The notes under the pieces: model-generated
The model's database searches: none
What the model saw: the letters and a program-made list of their open reading frames with translations, nothing else
Told to the model about the DNA's origin: nothing
Shown: one piece after another, positions 7,729 through 13,427 of the stretch
Position numbering within the stretch: the first letter of the stretch is position 1
Layout: each line of letters starts with the position of its first letter
Source of the DNA: Candidatus Sumerlaeia bacterium
GTDB taxonomy: Bacteria; Sumerlaeota; Sumerlaeia; SLMS01
Direction: 5' to 3'
Assembly: GCA_038208905.1 (NCBI GenBank)
Contig: JBBQYG010000110.1
Coordinates: 1-13,427, forward strand
DNA length: 13,427 nt
Made by a program: the position numbers and the translations under genes

Positions 7729-8604
7729 CTATTCCGCCAGAATCCAGTACGCCTCGCGGCGCACGCTCGCCAGTTCAAGGCTTCGCCCGTCGCTGTGGCG
7801 GACTCGCAACATGACGTGCGGTTCCTCCGCCGCGAATTCATAGCGGAGCGACCGGTCATCGCGGGCTTCGACATCCACGATCCACGACTTGTTCCCCGCC
7901 GAAACGCGGATCGTCGCCGCCACGGGGCGGGGTTCAGGCGCGCGTGTGGTTGTCTGGTTTGGGTAGAGCCAGAGCGACGCCGCGAGGCCCTCCTCAAACG
8001 GCAGGGCACGCAGGACGAGTGGTAGTTCTTCCTCGAAGTAGTCGTTGATGTCGGTCCCCAGGTCGCGGCGCCCGGAACCCTCTCCATCCCAGTAGGAGTT
8101 GTAGATCATCCGCGGCTTGTCGCCCCACATCTGGAACTCCTTGTGGGTGAGGCCGGTCCAGTCGTGGCCGACGGCGGACATCTTGACGAGCCTGCCGAAG
8201 TCCTCGCGATCCACGAAGGTGCTCGTCATGAACTGAAAGTCGTAGTTGGGCGTGGGGATGGTGGCGGTGTATATCTGCTTGATGACGGGGAGAATCGGCT
8301 TCTGGCCATGGGGCCAATCGGCCTTAACGTAGTACTCCTTTGTGAAGTCCTCAAGGACCGTGATAAGCCGCGCGGCGTGGTGCCGCGTCTCGCCGAAGAT
8401 CACCCGTTCGCCACGATAGGTGGCGACCTCAGCCTGACCATCATCCCACAGTGCATCCTTCGCCCAGTCGCGCCGCACCACCGCGTTCAGGTCAAGAGTC
8501 GCCGGACTCGGCGCCTCCTGTGCCGTCGCCGCGCAGGCCAGCGCAACGAACCCAATCAATCCGACGCGCCTTCCATTCCGCAGTCCCCATTCCCTATTCC
8601 CCAC
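7729..8604 (-). CDS. Secreted hypothetical protein of the WDDGxAE...VxEDF...RxxYW type
   Basis: Probable GTG start at 8604 overlapping the upstream stop, giving a signal peptide (...RRVGLIGFVALACAATA-QE); the exact start is uncertain. Motifs LWDDGQAEVATY, ITVLEDF, IPTPNYDFQFMTS, NSYWDGEG and C-terminal RREAYW recall an uncharacterised family sometimes mislabelled 'Maf'; no Maf motifs are present. Confidence 0.8.
   Translation of the reverse strand: MGNREWGLRNGRRVGLIGFVALACAATAQEAPSPATLDLNAVVRRDWAKDALWDDGQAEVATYRGERVIFGETRHHAARLITVLEDFTKEYYVKADWPHGQKPILPVIKQIYTATIPTPNYDFQFMTSTFVDREDFGRLVKMSAVGHDWTGLTHKEFQMWGDKPRMIYNSYWDGEGSGRRDLGTDINDYFEEELPLVLRALPFEEGLAASLWLYPNQTTTRAPEPRPVAATIRVSAGNKSWIVDVEARDDRSLRYEFAAEEPHVMLRVRHSDGRSLELASVRREAYWILAE
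8574..8601. repeat. Short degenerate heptamer tandem repeat
   Basis: CATTCCG-CAGTCCC-CATTCCC-TATTCCC at the junction of two genes. Confidence 0.4.
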
Positions 8605-10357
8605 TGTTCGCCTTGCCCGTGGTAATAAAGCAGTGAACGATTCGGAGGTTCTGGAAACCATTGTTGCTCCCGGGAAGGTCATAGCGCGCGCGCCGACCAT
8701 CGATGGTGGGGTACTCGCGGGTGTTCTTGTTTCCATAGGGATCGTTCACCACGAGCGTCCGGCGCCCGCCCTTGTCGTAGCCGATGCAGGTCACATAGTG
8801 CCCCGCGAGGGTGATGGAATGCAAGACAACCAGCGGGTTCATGGCGTCAATCTCGCGCTGGGCCTTGGCGAATGACGGCTCCCAGTCTGTCTTCGATTCG
8901 AGGCCGTGAAGGCGGAAATAGTCGCGCATGTAGTGCTTCGTGTCCTTCCATTCGTCGCGGACGATGTAGCCGTAGCCGCCGCGCACTGGCTTCTTGTCGG
9001 GGCCGGGACTGCCGGTGTCGAAGGTGTGTCCGGCGACAGTGTAGGGTTCGGTGACGTAGTGGCCGAAGTTGCTGCGGCGTGGAGCCGGTCGCGTGACATC
9101 GATGGGCCGCGGCGGGACGGCGCCATGATACGCAAGGCACATCACCGCGGAGGAAGCGTTGCAGGCCCACTCGCCGGGATAGCCGTCGGGTAGGTCCCAG
9201 ACCTGGTTTAGGTAGGGCACTCCGACGATCTCCCGCGAGTCGGGCAGATCGACAAGGCGCTTGGCGACGCGGCTGCCGTCCTCGCGCATTTCGCGGGGCC
9301 ACTCGGTTGGCTCCACGATGGGAGGGTCCTCGCTAGGCGCGCGGAGGTATCCGTCGATGTCGCGCACGCGACTCTCGCCAATTTCGTGGAGCCAGACGTT
9401 GTCGCCCTTCTGGGAAGCGATAAATCTCCCGCTGAGAGCCCACCAGCGAATGCCGATGCGGCCCATCTTTTTCACCGAAGTGGCGCCATCGTGAAACGAC
9501 GCCGAGCGCACGCCGCCCTCCCACTCCACGAAGACAAACCGATCATTGTCGAGCCAGAGTGGGTCCTCGCCGGTGCCAAGGACTCGGTTCTCCAGCGTGG
9601 CGAGGTCGATGCCGACGATCTTGTCGTTGATTGTGCGCGCGAGCATCCGGTTGCCGAAGTGCGAAAAGCGCGGCCCCCAGTAGGCGAACTTGCCGTCGGT
9701 GACGACGCGCCTCTCTCCGGTCACGAGGTAGAGCACCTCAATCTGGTCATCGGCATTGGGATAGGCGACCTTGTTGCCGTCGGGGGACAGCTCGATCACA
9801 TTGGGCGTGCTGCCAAGCTGGTGGGGCGCGAGGGGGATGCGGTTGCCGTCTCCCCGGATGTGGAAATCTCCCGACTGCTCGCTGCGTAGGTACAGTGTGT
9901 CGTCGGCAACCCAGGCGATGAGACCATCGTCGGTGGCGGTCGGCGTTCCCGCGTGACGGACCCATCCGCTGAGGCTTGAGGTTTCCTTGCGGCGGATATC
10001 GTAGGACATGGCGGCCTGGTCGTAGCCTTCCGCGCGGGCGCGGAAGGTCTTGAAGAAGACGAACCGTCCATCGGGGGAGAAGCCGGGATAGTAGCCCGCA
10101 TTCCACTCGCGATTGATGGTCAGCGTCGCGGAGGTCCTCGTGTCCGTCAGGTACAGGCCCGCGTGCTGGTCGTCGGTGGTGAGGATGTATCTGCCATCGC
10201 GAGCAACGGCGACGGGGACCTGGGCGGGGCCGTTGTGCTGCGAGACCCGGGAGAGATCGCCCCGCCAGACATGGCCCGGGGGTAACCTATCACCGCGTGG
10301 GACCAGGCCGCATCCCGCGACCACCACGAGCACCATCAAGAGCAAGGCATGCCGCAT
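8594..10357 (-). CDS. Lipoprotein with TolB/PD40-like beta-propeller and C-terminal C39-like (papain-fold) cysteine peptidase
   Basis: Lipobox MRHALLLMVLVVVAG-C. Propeller repeats PGFSPDGRFVFF, ELSPDGNKVAY, PRFSHFGNRML. Peptidase motifs VPYLNQ, WACNASSAVMCLAY (Cys), GHYVTCIGY (His) and VNDPYG (Asp). Confidence 0.9.
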   Translation of the reverse strand: MRHALLLMVLVVVAGCGLVPRGDRLPPGHVWRGDLSRVSQHNGPAQVPVAVARDGRYILTTDDQHAGLYLTDTRTSATLTINREWNAGYYPGFSPDGRFVFFKTFRARAEGYDQAAMSYDIRRKETSSLSGWVRHAGTPTATDDGLIAWVADDTLYLRSEQSGDFHIRGDGNRIPLAPHQLGSTPNVIELSPDGNKVAYPNADDQIEVLYLVTGERRVVTDGKFAYWGPRFSHFGNRMLARTINDKIVGIDLATLENRVLGTGEDPLWLDNDRFVFVEWEGGVRSASFHDGATSVKKMGRIGIRWWALSGRFIASQKGDNVWLHEIGESRVRDIDGYLRAPSEDPPIVEPTEWPREMREDGSRVAKRLVDLPDSREIVGVPYLNQVWDLPDGYPGEWACNASSAVMCLAYHGAVPPRPIDVTRPAPRRSNFGHYVTEPYTVAGHTFDTGSPGPDKKPVRGGYGYIVRDEWKDTKHYMRDYFRLHGLESKTDWEPSFAKAQREIDAMNPLVVLHSITLAGHYVTCIGYDKGGRRTLVVNDPYGNKNTREYPTIDGRRARYDLPGSNNGFQNLRIVHCFITTGKANSGE

Positions 10358-10438
10358 GAAGAATCATCCCCCGGATTCGCGAGGCGTTTCTCCCGCGTGA
10401 ATGGCGGTGTAGAGCCACCCGCGCGCGTGGACAACCTT

Positions 10439-10474
10439 CAAATGAAGCGGCGCCCCGATTCGTTGGGGCGCCGC
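10439..10474 (-). terminator. Probable Rho-independent terminator after the nuclease gene
   Basis: Perfect 10-bp stem GCGGCGCCCC...GGGGCGCCGC (10447-10474) followed on the minus strand by TTCATTTG, 26 nt after the stop codon. The U-tract is imperfect. Confidence 0.7.
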
Positions 10475-10500
10475 ACGGGTATAGGCTGTGTGAGGCTCCC

Positions 10501-12009
10501 TCAGTAGAGGTTCCAAATGCCCCCAGCGGGAGTCGGCGTTGGAGTCGCCGCGCAGCCGCCTGCGAACGTCTGGCCGGTATTTGGAAGACCCCGGGTATGG
10601 GCGATCGGGGCGGCACCCCATGTGAAGTTGGCGTAGGCATTTCCGGTACCCGTCAACTGGAGCGAAAAGCCGTCGGGCGTCGCGTTGGTCTCCGCCACTC
10701 CGATATCAGTGGAGAGCAAGCCCCCCGCAGCGCCGCCGGACGCGGTAAAGGCGCCCTCGTAGGACAGGAACTGGACAACTTGGCCACCGGAATTCGTCAG
10801 CGCAATGCCGTCGGGATCACCATTCTGAAGCAGGGTGGCGGGGAACCAGAGCGTGCCGACGCAAGCCTGCTGGCTGGGGATCGTGCCAGTCAGCGCGATG
10901 GTGTCGTAGGATGCTCCCCCACTGCCGTTGTACAGCACGATGGACCAGCCCGTAAGGCTGGTGCCCGCGGGGCCTGCGATCTCGATGCCTTCGTTGGCGT
11001 CTGCGCCGTCGTCGTCGTAATGGATCTCGTTGATGAAGACCGTGCCCGACACCGGCACACCAGTCGGAGTGGGAGCAACAGTGGTGCTCGTTGGTGAGAT
11101 GGTCGTTCCGGTGGGCGCGGGGGTGGTGGTCGTAGGCATCGGCGTTGCCGTTGGCGTGGGCCCATCGACATTCGGGATAAGGAAGTCTTTAACGATCGCC
11201 ATGTGCTGCATGCCGCTGACTCCACTATCGCCGGACTGCACGGGGGATACCTCGGAGAGGGGCGTATAGACACGGCTGTCGAATACGAGGCCGTTGGCGA
11301 AGGAGTTGCCGCCGATGATCACTGGTGCGCGCAGGGCATGGAGTTCGGATTCGGGCAGCACCCAGTCGTAGGGCTCGCTCCTGCCGGCGTTGGTGTTGCT
11401 GTTGTTGTTTCGGTCAAGCGGCGTCCCAAGGTCGGTGACGACGGCGCGGAGCGTTATGATGCACGCCTCGGTGCGAGACCGGGTATTGAGGTCGCCACCG
11501 ATCACGAGGTAGTCGCCAGCGGGGACGTTGGCGTTGATGTAGGAAACGAGCAAAGTGGCCTGCGCGTTGCGGCTTCCCGAGCTGGTGGTGAGGAAGTGGA
11601 CACTCACCGCCCACAAGTCCTTCGACCCGGGAATGTCGATGCGGGCCCACGCGAAATCGCGGTTCGTGACATTGGAATCGACCCAGTCCCCAGACGCAAT
11701 GATCGGGTAGCGACTGATGATTCCATTCGGGATCTGCTCCCCGCCGGGCTCCACGAAAAAGCTGAACTCCGGCCCGAAGGCGGTGTCCACGAACTGACGA
11801 AGCGTACCGCTCTGATAATTGAACTCCTGGATCATCACGATATCTGGATCCAGCCCCTGAAAGATTCGGATGCCGGGGGCCTCGTAGGCCTGGAAATTGC
11901 CGCTGCTGGTGTTTGCCGCGACAAGGCGCAGGCGCGTGGTCTGTGCCGATGCGCTGGCGGAAAGCGCCAGCAATACGGCACAGGAGAAAAGGATCGTTCT
12001 GAAGAACAT
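10501..12009 (-). CDS. Secreted endonuclease/exonuclease/phosphatase (EEP) family protein with Pro/Thr linker and lamin-tail-like domain
   Basis: Start revised to ATG 12009 (MFFRTILFSCAVLLALSASASA-Q, a signal peptide; 502 aa), since the longer 849-aa call overlaps the DMT gene out of frame. EEP motifs LRLVAAN, PDIVMIQEF, SRYPI, VSVHF, IGGDLN, PYDWV, QHMAI. C-terminal domain VFINEIHYDDDGADANEGIEIAGPAGTSLTGWSIVLYNG, of the kind found in ExeM/NucH-type extracellular nucleases. Confidence 0.92.
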   Translation of the reverse strand: MFFRTILFSCAVLLALSASASAQTTRLRLVAANTSSGNFQAYEAPGIRIFQGLDPDIVMIQEFNYQSGTLRQFVDTAFGPEFSFFVEPGGEQIPNGIISRYPIIASGDWVDSNVTNRDFAWARIDIPGSKDLWAVSVHFLTTSSGSRNAQATLLVSYINANVPAGDYLVIGGDLNTRSRTEACIITLRAVVTDLGTPLDRNNNSNTNAGRSEPYDWVLPESELHALRAPVIIGGNSFANGLVFDSRVYTPLSEVSPVQSGDSGVSGMQHMAIVKDFLIPNVDGPTPTATPMPTTTTPAPTGTTISPTSTTVAPTPTGVPVSGTVFINEIHYDDDGADANEGIEIAGPAGTSLTGWSIVLYNGSGGASYDTIALTGTIPSQQACVGTLWFPATLLQNGDPDGIALTNSGGQVVQFLSYEGAFTASGGAAGGLLSTDIGVAETNATPDGFSLQLTGTGNAYANFTWGAAPIAHTRGLPNTGQTFAGGCAATPTPTPAGGIWNLY

Positions 12010-12104
12010 GTGATTGGCTGGCTCGACTCCCCCTTTGATGGCCCAACTCAGGAGGCTCCACGAAGGGGACCTCCGTGGCAAATGAGTTTTCGATGGCGGG
12101 GGAA

Positions 12105-13016
12105 TCATGTGGCTGGTTCCGCTGGCCGGATGCGGTGCCCCGTATTGACCACGACCACCCCCGCGATGGCCAACGCTCCCCCGCCGATGGTTGTGAACGT
12201 GGGGATCTCGCCGAGATACAGCCACGCGATCACGAAGCTGAGCGCGGGCACCACCAGCAGGAAGCTGGACGCCCGCGAGGCCGGAAGCCTGCTGAGCACA
12301 TACGCATAGCAGGCGTAGGCGATGGCGCTGGTGAACACCCCGAGAAAAACCACCGCCAGCGTCGTGTCCAGCGGCGCCGCCGGAAACGTCCGGATCAACC
12401 CGGGCGCAAATGGGAGCAGGAAGACTGTCCCAACCCAGATCGCCAGAGTGGTGAATTGCAACGCGCCGTAGCGCGCCAGAAAGTGCTTCTGCAGGATGAT
12501 GTTGAAGGACCACGCCAGCGATGCCAGCAGGACCAGCAACACGCCCGAGTTGAGCCGGAACGCCTTTCCCTCCCCCAACGCGATCAGCAGCGCGCCGCAG
12601 AAACTGACGCCGATTCCCGCCATCGTCCTCGCGGAGAGACGCTCCTTCAGGAAGTACACCGCCAGGATCGAAGCAAACACCGGCGACGTATTCACCAGCA
12701 CCGACGCCGCCCCGGCCCCCACCGTCCGCTGACCGCGATTCAGCGCGAGATGATAGACGACTACGCTCAGCAACGCCACCCCCGCGATCCCCGGCCAGTC
12801 CCGCGCGGGAACCCGCGGCACCCCATTCCGGAACGCAATCGCCCCCAGCACCAACGAAGCCACCGCGAACCGCCCTAGCGCCAAAGGCCCCGGCTCCCAA
12901 GCCACCACCGCCGCCCGCACCGCCACGAACCCCGACGCCCAGCACAACAACGTCGCCGACATGGCGAGGGCTATGGGTGTGTCTATACGGCTGGTGGATA
13001 GGGGCAGGGGTGGCAT
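12105..13016 (-). CDS. EamA/DMT-family permease
   Basis: About 10 hydrophobic segments in two repeats, with motifs LCWASGFVAVR, GRFAVASL, GAGAASVLVNTSPVFASILAVYFLKERL, SLAWSF and LPASRASSFLLVVP...WLYLGE. The start is probably ATG 13016; ATG 12962 is an alternative. Confidence 0.93.
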   Translation of the reverse strand: MPPLPLSTSRIDTPIALAMSATLLCWASGFVAVRAAVVAWEPGPLALGRFAVASLVLGAIAFRNGVPRVPARDWPGIAGVALLSVVVYHLALNRGQRTVGAGAASVLVNTSPVFASILAVYFLKERLSARTMAGIGVSFCGALLIALGEGKAFRLNSGVLLVLLASLAWSFNIILQKHFLARYGALQFTTLAIWVGTVFLLPFAPGLIRTFPAAPLDTTLAVVFLGVFTSAIAYACYAYVLSRLPASRASSFLLVVPALSFVIAWLYLGEIPTFTTIGGGALAIAGVVVVNTGHRIRPAEPAT

Positions 13017-13248
13017 GGGAGCGCGGGGAAGCTGTAGGGGTGGAAGGCATCGGGCAAGGCGGATTGGGAGTTGAGGAAGCCGCACCAGTTGAACCCTCTT
13101 GTTGCTGTCAGCGGCTTGGAGGACGATGGGCTGTAATCAGTCAACCGATGGGAGGTGAACGACTTCGACGCTGAAACCACCTCTGGGCGAAGCCCGCCCC
13201 GAGGACACGCAGCTCCAGAAAGTCTCTAAAAAGCGGCCAGAGGGTGTC

Positions 13249-13356
13249 TCAAACCATTGACAGGTTCCGGAACGATGCGACGGGCCCCGCATACAATCTG
13301 GCGATCAGTTCCAACTGGACGTAATCGCCAAGGCTTGCAATCCGATCCTCCTCCAT
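13249..13356 (-). other. Candidate 35-aa small ORF or 5' gene remnant (MEEDRIASLGDYVQLELIARLYAGPVASFRNLSMV)
   Basis: ATG at 13356 preceded by a strong SD AAAGGGGAG at 7-nt spacing. Too short to appear in the supplied ORF track. Confidence 0.3.
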
Positions 13357-13427
13357 AACCCAGCTCCCCTTTCCCATCGCCCGCCTCTCTCCCCCACACC
13401 ACTTTCTTCCGCATGCCCCCGCTATCC

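Noticed and set aside
8605..8736. ATG 8736 start for the 335-aa ORF
   Set aside because: It would overlap the upstream peptidase domain by about 140 nt and bury the signal peptide.
12010..13050. N-terminal 347 aa of the 849-aa ORF (apparent nuclease fusion)
   Set aside because: It is an out-of-frame read through the DMT gene with Gly/Arg-rich composition. A clean signal peptide begins at ATG 12009.
13225..13251. Selenocysteine readthrough of the small-ORF TGA
   Set aside because: Only a weak stem close to the UGA, no redox motif context, and no sel genes in view.
13257..13297. Sigma70-like TTGACA and TACAAT on the + strand
   Set aside because: The spacing is 29 nt rather than about 17.
1..13427. 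CRISPR arrays, tRNA/rRNA, IS or integrase genes, and the remaining short ORFs in the track
   Set aside because: I saw no regularly spaced repeats, cloverleaf motifs or transposase/integrase motifs by eye. The other ORFs overlap well-supported genes and have the Arg/Pro/Gly-rich composition typical of off-frame GC-rich sequence.

Overview
This is a GC-rich bacterial chromosomal window. It begins with the 3' part of mutS on the + strand, which converges on and overlaps a run of nine minus-strand genes. In transcription order these are: an EamA/DMT permease; a secreted EEP-family nuclease/phosphatase with a lamin-tail-like domain; a tight four-gene block (beta-propeller/C39-like peptidase lipoprotein, secreted hypothetical, small single-TM protein, large secreted protein with five FN3-like repeats); a tandem-domain hypothetical; a Dps/ferritin-like protein; and a secreted helical-repeat hypothetical. 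Two intrinsic terminators are visible. I found no rRNA, tRNA, CRISPR array or mobile element, and the sequence alone does not demonstrate a complete novel system. The best leads are possible C-terminal surface-sorting tails on two secreted proteins (W-x-L-Y and a degenerate dockerin-like motif, tentatively suggesting Ca. Sumerlaeota/BRC1), the uncharacterised envelope operon, a haloarchaeal-like Dps paired with a duplicated-domain protein behind a structured spacer, and the mutS antisense overlap. Family assignments come from motif recognition, not database searches.
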